NCBI RefSeq assembly: GCF_004010195.1
Contig: NC_057751.1
Location: 9,869,457-9,933,456, forward strand
DNA: 64,000 bases
From: Chiloscyllium plagiosum
Taxonomy: Eukaryota
Direction of reading: 5' to 3'
Part shown: one piece after another, positions 22,886-35,094 of the stretch
Layout of the letters: the number at the start of each line of letters is the position of its first letter
Numbering within the stretch: position 1 is the first letter of the stretch
The notes under the pieces: model-generated
What the model was told of the DNA's origin: nothing
Database searches by the model: none
The model's input: only the letters and a program-made list of their open reading frames with translations
Made by a program: the position numbers and the translations under genes

Positions 22886-24639
22886 ATTCCTAATCAAACC
22901 CTGTCTTTCCAAATGCATGTATATCTTATCCCTCAGAATTTTCTCAAGTAACTTACCCACCACAGATATTAAGCTTACTGGTCTATAGTTCCTGGGCTTT
23001 TCTTTTCAGGCCTTCTTGAAAAACTGCACAACATTTGATACCCTCCAGTTTGCTGAGACCTCATCCATAGCTAACGATGCTACACACACATCAGCCAGGG
23101 CACCCGAAATTTCTTCTCTAGCCTCTTGCAGTGTTTTGGATATATTTGTTCAGGACGAGGAAATTTATCCACCTTCATACATTATAAATATCCCAACACC
23201 TCCTCCACTGTGATATGGACTGTCCCTAAAATCTCACCACGAACTTCCCCAAGTTCCTAAGTCTTCATATCTTTATCCATGGTACATAGAGGAGAAATAT
23301 CCATTGAGAACCTTGCCCATTTCCTGTGGTTCTACACACACGTGTCCTCTTTGGTCCTTGAGGAGCCCTATTCGCTCTCTCGTTATTCTTTTTCCTTTAA
23401 TATACTTAAAGAGCCTCTTTGGATTCACCCTAATCTTCTCAGCCAAAGCTATCTCATGCCCTCCTGATTTTCTTCTTCAGTAAACTCATGTATTCCCTGC
23501 ATACATCCAGTGATTCCCTTGATCCCAGCTGTCTGTAACTGAGCCACACGTCCTTTTTTCTAGTCAAAGCCTCAATATCTCTTGTCATTTAGGGTTCCCT
23601 ATTCCTGCCAACCTTGCTTTTCACCCTCACAGGAACATATAGACCTTGAACTCTAGCTATCTCACTTTTAAAAGCCTCTTACTTGTCCCTTTGCCTGCAA
23701 ACAACTACTCCAGTCAACCCCTGCAAGCTCCTGTCTAATTCCATCAAAATCCGTCTTGTCCCAATTTAGAACTTGAAACTGTGGTCCAGTTTTGTCCCTC
23801 TCCATAACTGTCCTATAATTAATAGAACTATGGTCACTGGTCCCAAAGTTCTCCTCCACTGTCACCTCAGTCACCTGTCCTGCCCTGTTTCCCAAAAGTA
23901 AGTTGAGTTTTGCCAATTCCTGAGTAGGACCCTCTCTATCCTGCTTCAGGAAACTTTCCTAAATGCATTGAACAAATTCCACTCTATCTAAGCCCTTAAC
24001 ACTGTGGCAGTCCCAGTCCATTTTAGGAAAATTAAAATCCCCTATTATGACAATCCTATTGCTCCTGCAAGTTTCCTCAGTCTCCCTGCATATTTGTTCC
24101 TCTAATTCCCATTAATTATTTGGGGGCCTCCCGTCCAAATCCAAAAATGTCAACATCCTCTTCTTATTTCTTAGTTCCACCCACAAAGCTTCACTTGGTG
24201 ATCCTTCAGTTATTTCATCTCTGACTACTGCTGCGACACTCACCTGAATGAAAAATGCAACTCCCCCTCCCCTCCTTCCACCACCTCTATCCCATCTAAA
24301 GCACCTGTACCCTGGCACATTAAGCTGTCAGTCCTGTCCCTCCTTTAGCCATGTTTCTATTATGGCTTTAATATCCCAGTCCCACGTACCTACCCAGGCC
24401 TTGAGTTCATCGGCCTTACCTGTCAGCCCTCTTAGATTGAAATAGTTTAATTCAACAGGCATTCTTTGCTCCCTGTTGTGTTCCTGCCTGACCTGTCTCT
24501 CCAACTTAGTGTTTCTGATGATTGTATCTCCTTCCAGCCGTGCAACTTGCCTCCCTGATGTTGAGGATCCCACTCGCCCTGCCAATCTAGTTTAAATCCT
24601 TCCTTGCAGCATTAGCAAACCTGGCTGCCAAAATAACCT

Positions 24640-24953
24640 GGGTGGCACCTTGGCACAGTGGTTAGTACTGCTGCCTCACAGTGCCAGAGACCTGGGTTCA
24701 TTTCCTGCCTCAGGTGACTGTCTGTGTGGAGTTTGCACATTCTCCCCCTGTCTGCGTGGGTTTCCTCCGGGTGCTCCAATTTCCTCCACAGTCCAAAAAT
24801 GTGCAGTTCAGGTGAATTGGCCATGCTAAATTGCCCGTAGTGTTAGGTGAAGGGGTAAATGTAGGGGAATGGGTCTGGGTGGGTTCCGCTTTGGCGGGTC
24901 GGTGTGGACTTGTCGGGCTAAAGGGTCTGTTTCCACATTGTATCTAATCTAAT
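24640..24953 (+). mobile_element. HE1 (V-SINE)
   Basis: tRNA-like head, V-core and TCTAATCTAAT tail. Confidence 0.92.
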
Positions 24954-25228
24954 AAATATTGGTCCCCCTCCAGTTCAGGTGCAAACCATCCGTTTTGTCC
25001 CAGATCACCTCTGTCCCAGAAAAGATCCCAATGATCTAAAAACCTGAATCCCTACCTCCACACCAACTCTTTGGCCACGCATTCATCTGCCATAGGAGAA
25101 AGTGAGGACTGCAGATGCTGGAGATCAGAGCATTAATCTGCCATATCCCCCTGTTCTTATTCTCACGAGCACATGGCATTGGCATGTAATCCAGAGATTA
25201 TCACCAATGAGGTACTGGGTTTTGACTT

Positions 25229-25395
25229 GGAGATGCCAGTGTTGGACTGGGGTGTACAAAGTTAAAAATCACACAACACCAGGTTATAGTCCAACAGGTT
25301 TAATTGGATGCACTGGCTTTTGGAGTGCCGCTCCAAAAGCTAGTGCTTCCAATTAAACTTGTTGGATTATAACCTGGTGTTGTGTGATTTTTAAC
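25229..25395. mobile_element. Fold-back element (second Penelope-like terminal-repeat family) with 65-bp inverted arms
   Basis: 25261-25325 pairs with 25331-25395 (4 mismatches); flanking duplication CTGGGTTTTGACTT / CTGGTTTTTTGACTT. Confidence 0.8.
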
Positions 25396-26552
25396 CTGGT
25401 TTTTTGACTTTTTTCCGAGCTCTCTATAATCAATTCGCAAGATCTCATCCCTATTTCTACCTCTGTTATTTGTGCCAATGTGCACAAAGACTTCTGGCTG
25501 CTCACCCACCCCTTTGAGAACATTCTGCAGCTGCTCTGAGACATCTTGGACCCTGGCATCTGGGAGGCAATGCACCATCTTGGATTTCAGTTTGCAGCCA
25601 CAGAATCTCCTGTCTGTCCCCCTACTATCGAGTCTCCTATCACAAAGGTCTTTTTTACCTTTACCCTTTCTCACTGTACGCCAGTGCAAGTCATAGTGCT
25701 ATCAACCTGGCTATGCTGCTTTTCCCTGAATGGCCAATCCCGCCAACAGTATCCAAAATGGTATACTTGTTTTTGAGGGGAATGGCCACAAAGGATTCCT
25801 GCATTCTTTGCCTACTCCCTTTGCCTTTCCTGATGGTCACCTAGCTGCTGCACCTTAGGTGTGACCACCTCACTAAAACTCTTATCTATGAAGCGTACAG
25901 CATCTCAGATGATCCTGAGCGTATCCAGTTCCAGCTCCCTAACATGGAGTTCCTGGAACTGCAGCTGGGTGCAGTCATCAGGGGCAATAGAAGCCTCCCT
26001 GAATTCCAACTTTCTGTAGGAGAAACATGCAGTGCCTTAACTGCAATCTTAACTGCTGTAAAACCAGAAAGGAAAGTTAAAAGGACTTTACCTGAGCTTC
26101 GCTGTACTTTTTGCTGAGTTGCTGCTCTCCAAAGCCTCTCAAGCCAAAGCCTTATCTTACTCTGCTACCAACAAATTGTACATTAGCACATCTCCACTTT
26201 TCTTTGGGTACAGGAGGAGGGAAACAATACAGTGATGCAGTGTTCGGGCCTAAAGCACTCCTTGACACCAAGACCACAATAATCTGCTCTTGAGTGCAGG
26301 TGACTGCATGTCCTCGGAAGATGTCTTGCTGAGATCCTCCTGGTAGTGGTGACTGCACTGATGCAAATCTTCACCCTGTCAGCCAAGCTTATTACTTATT
26401 GTTCTTACATATTGTAACTGGTCTCATTCTTTTTAAGTACTTGTAGAAGCTTTTAGTGTCTGTTGCTATCCTTCAGTGCTCTTCTGAAGCTGTTAAAAAA
26501 ATTGAGACAGACACCATGAATGGTGAATTCTGAATCTTTCTCTGATTTGTAG

Positions 26553-26672
<120 letters not shown>

Positions 26673-27420
26673 TAATTTACAGCGATGCAAAAATTCAAAC
26701 TGTAGCATTACAGAATTGGAAAAGATAAGATGGTCCATCTTTTCAACACCAAATTGATTTAAGAATTTTAACTTCTATTCAAGAGGAGAAAATGCAACTT
26801 ATTTTGCAAGCTCCAAGAATTTTGGAACAGTTGGTGGAAGGTTTTAGACATGCTGACCACCAGTATAATGTGTGAATATTTAGAGAGGTACTGACTAGAG
26901 TCAAAGAAAGAACAACCAATAAATAAATCTGTGCTGCAAGGACAGACCAAGCAAACTATTGTGGAGAAGCAGAGGTGTACATTTAAAGTAACTGGCTCTC
27001 AGTGGTGGTTGAATGTGGATGAATTGGAATGCTGAACTGAGAAAAATTCTCGAACCGTTGGAGAAAATTTGCAGAGCAACAGTTATCTAAGAACTTGTGT
27101 TTCTTTCAGGAGGTTCAGACAACTGTGATACTATTCCAGAATGAAATTCCAGCAGTTTGCAGCTTTCGCTTGAATCCAAAATAGGGAATTATAATATAGT
27201 AATTGCGGAATTTTTCACTGCCAATTGAAGTTTGTTGATAATGATAATCTTCAAAAACAACAAACCTGCAAGCTAACAAGAGCTCAGTATACACTTTGTA
27301 AAGATATGATTTTTTTGATATCACCAACAGAACTCTCTCCATACCACGTTATATTTTTAGCTATTTGCACATTCTCATTCACCATGCACAAGTGGTTGCT
27401 GTGTTCAGTGATAGATATGT

Positions 27421-28408
27421 AGAGTCATAGAGTCATAGAAATGTACAGCACGGAAACTCGGTCCAACTCATCCATGCCAACTAGATATCCTAACCTAATC
27501 TCATCCCATTTGCCAGCACTTGGCCCATATCCCTCTAAACCCTTCCTATTCATAAACTCATCCAGATACCTTTTAAATGTTGTAATTGTACCAACCTCCA
27601 CCACTTCCTCTAGCAGCTCATTCCATACACACACCACCCTCTGCGTGAAAAAGTTGCCCCTTAGGTCCCTTTTATGTCTTTCCCCTCTCACTGTAAACCT
27701 ATGTCCTCTTGCTCTGGACTCCCCCACTCCAGGGAATAGACCCTGTCTATTTGTCCTATCCATGCCCCTCATGATTTTATAAACCTCTATAAGGTCAGCC
27801 ATCAGCGTCCGATGCTCCAGGGAAAACAGCCCCAGTCTATTCAGCCTCTCCCTAACTTAATCTTTTCTGAATCCTTTCAAGTTTCACCACATCCTTCCGA
27901 TAGGAAGGAGACCAGAGTTGCACACAAAATTCCAAAAATGGCCTAACCAATGGCCTGTACAGCTGCAACACGGCCTCCCAACTCCTATACTCTGATCAAG
28001 AAAAGAAAGCGAACCAAAAGCCTTTTTCACTATCCTACCTACCTGGGACTCCACTTTCAAGGAACTATGAACCTGCACTCCAAGGTCTCTTTGTTCAGCA
28101 ACACTCCCCCAGGACCTTCCCATTAAGTGTATAAGTCTTGCTCTGATTTGCTTTTCCAAAGTGCAGCATCTCGCATTTATCTAAATTAAACTCCAGCTGC
28201 CACTCCTCAGCCCATTGGCCCATCTGATCAAGATTCCGTTGTACTCTGAGGTGACCTTCTGCACTGTCCACTACAATTTTGGTGTTATCTGTAAACTTAC
28301 GAACTATACCTTCTCTGTTCACATCCAAATTATTTATATAAATGACAAAAAGCAGTAGACCCAGCACCGATTCTTGTGGCACACCACTGGTCACAGGCCT
28401 CCAGTCTG
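27421..28408 (-). mobile_element. CR1/HER1 LINE 3' fragment (relatively young)
   Basis: VTSGVPQESVLG, DLIEVYKIMRG, GNFFTQRVV..WNEL; tandem TATGACTC tail. Confidence 0.92.
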
Positions 28409-29281
28409 TATCTTCAATATAAGTGCCAAAATTGTGAGCTTTAGCTCCAATTCAGTTATTAAGTGCATAATCTAGTTGACAGGAATGCAATCCTGATGAA
28501 GTGCTGTTTTGTCAAGCGATGCCATCCTTCATTGAGACACTTACATTGACCGTGTCACTGGATAATAGTGATTCCATTGTACCAATCATAGCAGGAGGGA
28601 AACCTCCAGTTGAGATATGCAAAATTCAGGCTTGCTGTGAGGGTCAGCCAGGTCAGCTTGCTCAGTTGTTAGCTCAAGTTCAATTCTTTTGCAGTCTGTG
28701 GTAGTTCATGGAGGGCTGCTTCTTTGCCTTACTCCACCATTAATGAAGATTGCTAGCTTCAAGCTATATAACAGTTGTCTTTCTCTGATGGAGAGAGATA
28801 TAGAAAGCATTACCAGCCTTATTGTCATCTGAATATGAGAGATCCAATGGAATGTGCAGCAACAGGAACACTCCACAGAAGAAATTTTGGTCTGAATGAT
28901 GTATTTGTTTTATTCAGGGTGTTGAGGTTAAGGATTGTGTTGTACTTTTTGTGTTGTGGTGATATAATTGCATTTGCCAATGTGTGCAATGCAAGCAACG
29001 TGATAGCAGTTCGAAAGTAGAAGAAGTGAGAGGACACAACCAAGCTGATGGCAAAGTGAAAAAGAATCATGATGAAATGACAGGTTGAATGTTAGAGAGG
29101 TTGGACAACACAAGAAAAATTTGGTCTTTGACTGACTTGGAATATCACCATCTTCTCCAGAAAATACAATATGGAATGAAGAGCCTTTGACTCTGAAACA
29201 TATTCACAGTAGTTGAAAATAATTGTTTTTTAATCTTTGACTGCATTCTGCATCTGGTGTAACCTGTGTTTATACTTTGAG

Positions 29282-29465
29282 GCACTGGCTGTAATGCCTG
29301 TTACATGGAGGAATTGAAAAATGTGGAATTAGTGGAAGGAGAAGAAGGAAGAATGTGCGTGAACACTGAATGGGGGGGTTTTGGAGACACGGGTGAGCTC
29401 GAGGAGTTCCGTCTTGAATACGACTGTATTGTTGATGAGACGTCTAACAATCCAGGTTATCATCT
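29282..29465 (+). CDS. GCK: Glucokinase exon 7, (G)[60 protein letters not shown](L)
   Basis: tttgag| acceptor (GAG), CT|gtaagt donor, 184 bp; GTGCNACY and NTEWG motifs. Confidence 0.97.
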
Positions 29466-31352
29466 GTAAGTAAAATTGCAGTTAATTTGTCGATAACGGC
29501 GTGTTATGTTATGTATAGCACTTTAAAATATGGGAAAATTTGTATAATGGGTGATGCAAGGTATGAATTGCATACCTTTCCCTCTGAGAATCCATATTTC
29601 ATTGCCCATGCCTCATTGAATTGAGAAGGTGGTAGCACTGCTTCTCCTTGAACAGCTTCAGTTCTTGGAGAATGCTGTGCGCAAGTTGGCATTGACTAAC
29701 CAATTTCAGGACTTCAGTTTGCCCCTAATGTAAAAACAGCAATGTCTGTCCAGGCATAATAGTGCATGGTGTGCAGGGCAAATTGCTGGTGATGATATTT
29801 CCACAGTTTTGTCAGTTATAGTGCAGTTTCAGTAAACGTTGATTTAAAGAGTAATTTGGATTGCTGCTCCTGTACTGTTTCAGCAATTTTAAGCTGACCA
29901 TGTCAAAGGCAGATTGTGGCCTTGCATTCAACCTCAGTTATATTGTGGTTAACCGAGTTTTCACAGACCCTAACATTTATACTCAGTCGTTAACATCTAA
30001 AACAACATCAACCTTTATTTTCATCATTACTGCTTCAGGTTGTTTTTCAAGTGGTTGTAGTGTGCACTGATCCATAATTCAACAATAAATCTTAACAGTG
30101 TGAGAGTCATGATGTGCCATTACGCAGCTTGCACTCATCAACCCAAAGTGGTCAAAAGCAACTGCAATTACCAACTCAGCTAATAGCTGTTTCTGCAACT
30201 CGAGATGAACAGAATCTGAATTAAAGTGTTTATAGTTTTGATCAGTATTGTTGCAGTTACCAGGTAAAAGTTCAAAACCTGTTTGGAGTACTTTTGGGGT
30301 TTCCAGCCCACAGCTTTGAAATCAGAACAGCTGTTGGAAGGAGTCGCAACTTCAGCAGATTAAACTAGGCCAAAGTCTAATTGCTGTATTTTACTGTATC
30401 CACTGGGTGAATGCAGCAGGCAAAGATTAAATGTGTGCTAATGTGAAGCATTACTTAAACCTATTAATCAATACAGTAAGGTTCAGAAAGGTCAGATCTA
30501 AAGTATTTTTGAAATTTGCTTCCTGGCACAACAATATTTCTGCATCTGGTTAAATAACATACTCCTGTACTGGATTTGAGGCTCCAGGATGAGCAACGTA
30601 CAGTCTGATATGGTACGAGGTAGTTCATAAAATTCTAAAGCCCTGAAGGAGGCCGTTAATTTCAACATATTAAATTTTCCAGATGTCTTTTTAAATGTGT
30701 AATGTTCAAATATTTATATGCTCTACTTTTACAATCATTCTGAATTCTGAATTCCCACTGTTTCTGGAGAAATAGTCCAAGTCCGAATGTTCTTGAAAAA
30801 CATTCTGAACCTTTTTTTAAGCAATGATCTTAATTTTGTGTCCTGTTGTTTATGCCTTGTTGAATTGTAAAATTCATTATCCCAATATGCCCAGACAAAA
30901 ATCTCTTTGAATTTTTAAAATCACCAATGAATCTTTGATGAGCTGAAAATTGGCCCAATGTCTTCAGTCTCTGCTAATAGCTAAATCCTTCTAGCTGGAG
31001 TGTGTCCAGAGTTCTCTTCACTCCATTGGATGAAGGAGGAGAGAAGACAAGTGCTTTTTGCTGGAAATATCATAAACAGGTGAATTGACCACAAGGAGAT
31101 AGGGTTAATTGACAAAACAACAGAGGTATTTGAAGATGGCACGGATAAAAGTGCAACTTTGGAAGAGGGAAACAACGAAACTGACTGTTTTGTGGAAAAC
31201 ATTCAGAGACAAGAAGAATATGAAGGTACTTTGATTTTAGGCTATTTTTAAAATATATTGTTTTTTCTGAACAAAATCCTATGGGATATTATTGGAGCTT
31301 GAGACAGACGAAGAATTCACTGCATTTCATACATATCCTCTTTCTTAACCAG

Positions 31353-31508
31353 ATATGAAAAGATTATTGGTGGGAAATACATGGGTGAGCTAACACGACT
31401 TGTGCTGCTGAAACTGGTGAATCAAAACCTGCTCTTCAATGGCGAGGCATCCCAGCTGCTGAAAACACAAGGCAGCTTTGAAACAAGATTCCTCTCACTA
31501 ATAGAAAG
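31353..31508 (+). CDS. GCK: Glucokinase exon 8, [51 protein letters not shown](S)
   Basis: accag| acceptor, AG|gtacaa donor, 156 bp; E290 and the leucine-rich export-signal helix [11 protein letters not shown]. Confidence 0.97.
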
Positions 31509-32329
31509 GTACAAAGAGCTTTAGCTGTTGTGATCAAAATTGGAGAGATGTGAGTTTTCAGTACTGCATCAAGAATATATTTCAGTTTAAATACAGCAAG
31601 TTTTCAATGTTACTCATCATCTAGTCTGCCTCCCTTTTTTCGTATATTGGTGGCCCCTGTATATTTTCATCATTCAGTTTTCTGGAATACTATGTGCAGT
31701 TTTAATTTAAATACTTAAGGAAGGATGAGCTTGCATTTAAGGCAGTAGAGCTGAGCTGCAGGGATTGGCTCCCCAGGTTGAAGGGCTACCCTGTGGATAG
31801 AGGCTGTGAAAGGGTATCTATATTCTTTGTCTTTCAAAAGCATGGAAGTGATCTCACTGAAACACACAAGATTCTCAATGGGCTTGAATTGGGTAGGTCT
31901 GTTTCCACTGATCAGGGAATTTAAAACATTGGGGCTCATTGTCAGGAGAAAGGGCTCATCATTGAGGACTGAAATGGGGAGAAATTACTTCATTCAAAGG
32001 ATTGTGAATCTTTGGAATTTGTTGGAAGGGGATTGTTGATGTTCCAACAATTAGCATATTTAATGCTGGGACAGGTGGATTTTTAGTCTGTCAGGAAATT
32101 GGTAGAAATGGATGTCAGGCAGAAAAACAGACTTGAAGCTCAAGATCAGCTCAAACTGATCAGTTCCAGGGCTCGAGTAGGCATGATGATCTGCATGGTC
32201 AACTCCTTCTATTTCTGTGTGTTCCTGTTCTGTTTTTTTTGTTAATGTATTTTGGGTTATTTCTGTTCCAATAAGCTCCCCTCTCACCCAGCCTCATCCA
32301 TTGTATGGAGATGTCAACTACTTCTAACT

Positions 32330-33870
32330 CCATAAGACATCGGAGCAGAAATTAGGCCAGTCAGCCCACCACATCCGCTCTGCCATTCACTCATGGCTGA
32401 TAAGATTCTTGACCCCATTGTGCCCTGGGTGGCAGGATGGCTCAGTGGTTAACACTGCTGCTTCACAGCGCCAGGGACCTGGGTTCGATTCCAGCCTTGC
32501 GCGACTGTCTGTGTGGAGTTTGTACATTCTTCCTGTGTCTGCGTGGGTTTCCTCTGGGTGCTCTGGTTTCCTTCCACAATCCAGAGATATGCAGGTCAGG
32601 TGGATTGGTCATGGGAAATTGCTCATAGTGTTCTGAGGTGTGTAGGTTAGGTGCATGGGTCAGGGGAAATGTAAAGTAATTGGGTAGTGCAATGGGTCTG
32701 GGTGGGATACTCTTTGGAGGGTCAGTGTGGACTTGTTGGGCCAAATGGCCTGTTTCCACACCGTAGGGGTTCTATACTTCTATGATAAGCATTGTCCTGT
32801 TTTCGCTCCATAAACCTTGATCCCCTTTACAATCAAGAACCTATCTATCTCCATCTTAAATATATTCAATGACCTGGCCTCCACAGCATTCTGTGACAAT
32901 AAATTCCATAGATTCACCAGACTCTGGCTGAAGAAGTTTCTCCTTATCTCTGTTCTAAAAGGTCTTCCCTTTACTCTAAGGCTATGCCCTTGGATCCTAG
33001 TCTCTCCTGCCATATAAACATCTTCCCAAAATCTTCTCTGTCCAGGCCATTCAGTATTCTGTAAGTTTCAATTAGATCCCCCCTCATCCTTCTAAATTCC
33101 ACTGAGTATCAACTCAGAGTCCTCAAACGATCATCATATGTTAAGGTTTTCATTCTTGGGACCATTTTTGTGAACCACCTCTGAGCATGCTCCAGGGCCA
33201 GTACATCCTTGCTGAGATATGGGTCCCAAAGCTGTACACAGTGGTCCCAGTGAGTTCTGACCAGAGCCTTATAGAACCTCAGAAGTACATCCCTGCTTTC
33301 ATATTCAAGTCCTCTCAAAATAAATGCCTTCATTGCATTTGCCTTCCTAACTCCTGACTCAACCTACAAGTTTCACTTGAGAGAATCCTGAACTAGAACT
33401 CTCAAGTCTGTTTGCACTTCAGACTTCTGAATGTTCTCCCCATTTAGGAAATAGACCATGCCTCTTTTCTTCCTACCAAGGTGCATGGCTTACACTTTCC
33501 CACATTGTACTCCATCTGCCACTTCTTTGCCCATTCTCCTAACCTGTCGAAATCCTTCTGTAGCCTCCCTGCCTCCTCAATGCTACCTGTTCCTTAATAT
33601 ATTTTTGTACCATCTGCAAACTTAGCCAGAATGCCCTCAATTCCTTCATCTAGATTGTTAATGTATAATGTGAAAAGTTGTGGTACTAGCACTGAGCCTT
33701 GCACTGAGAAGAACACTTTTATCCCCACACCCTGCTTCCTGCCAGACAGCCAAACTTCTATCCATGCTAGCATCTTGCTATCTTATTCAGTAGTCTCCTG
33801 TGTGACACCTTGTCAAAGGTCTTCTTGAGATCACATCCATTGGTTCTCCCTGGTCTAATCTGCTCATTAC
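32330..33870 (-). mobile_element. CR1 LINE 3' part, degenerate
   Basis: YESRDVLLRFYKALVR..CVQLW, GHSLRVKG-PFRTEIRRNFFSQ. Confidence 0.88.
32427..32783 (+). mobile_element. HE1 (V-SINE) nested in CR1
   Basis: TGGCTCAGTGGTTAAC..GGGTTCGATTCC head and V-core. Confidence 0.9.
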
Positions 33871-35094
33871 TTCCTCAAAGAACAGTTGTAAGAATTGATA
33901 GATGGGGTTTGTTTCAGTTGAAGAAAGAGAAAATTTTGACACAGTATGTCTGTGAGCCTTGGAGAGAAGATAGATTCACATTTGCTAGAACAGGTTTATG
34001 CAGAAAGTGTTGAACTATCTTTCACCATTTCATATGTTCCATCAATTTCCAACATTTTCTGTTACATATTTCCAGACTATTCTTTCTTCTCTTCCATTTT
34101 CTTTGCACTAAACGTCGTGGAAATAACACTTCAGTTCAATTTCCCTTATCAGAAAACTTTAAATATTGGAGGTTAGTGTTACTTGTCAAGACTTTATTCT
34201 GCATATGAACTTGATACATTGGTGAAATACAAGGATGAATTTAACCAGTTCATTGGTGCTTACTACTTCTTAAGAAATTATAACCGTTGGTGTTGATTGT
34301 ATAAAAATATCATGATACACCAGCATCCCATGTTAAAAACCCTTGATTTGTTCGTATAAAGTGTTAAGTGTTGTTCCCATTGCATTCCTCATGACCTGAA
34401 ATGAGCGTTCTGCTATTTGCCATGATTTTACTGGAACCTAAATATGATAACAGTTGAAAAGTAAGGACATGTTGTTTCATATAATAAGGCAGAAATATTG
34501 TACAACTGAAAAAGCTACAGATATACCTGCTATTTTCTGAAACTTGTTTTGGCTGCCACAAACTATTAATGTTCTATTTTCTCCAACCATAAATTATTTC
34601 ATGAAGTACATTTTTCGTTGTTCGATGCAAGACCCAGAGTAAAATGGAACAAAACAGTGTCATTTGCCATAATGGTAGCACCCTTACTTGTGGGGTAGAG
34701 ATTTGGGGTTCAAGTCCCACCTCAGGACTTGGTGACCTGGAAGGTGTGTCAAACTGCAACCTGCCAGGTAATTGTCAAGCTATAAAATCAGTGGCATGTG
34801 GTAAGAGCAGAGCAGTTTTCAGGCTACCCAGAAACTCCTGGAGTAGCTGCATGGCAACAGTCTATCCTTGTTAAGAGACTCAGCTGCACAGATTCTTTGC
34901 TTGAGCAACTGTCAGCTTTGGTCTGGAAGGGTGGGGAGAGTGCATTAGAGATGGAATCAGAAGCAATTTCATCCTGCAGGCCTTTTTCGACTCATCAGGA
35001 AGAAATCCTGCTTTCCTGTCTTTGAGATTGGAGGGAAAGGCAACATTCCTTTTCAATAGTTCAGTAACCAGAGGGCATAAATTTCGAGACCATT

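Larger units (their letters stand above)
22190..26300 (-). mobile_element. Nearly full-length degenerate CR1 LINE (ORF1 SGNH-esterase type; ORF2 APE endonuclease and RT)
   Basis: ORF1 RGTDRRFCG..CLPDARVQDVSEQLQ..GEQPEVFVHIGTN; endonuclease ETWL, PGYRCFRWDRGGGRRGGGVA, SDH; RT DFSKAVDKVPH and SGVP. Contains nested SINE and Penelope insertions. Confidence 0.9.
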
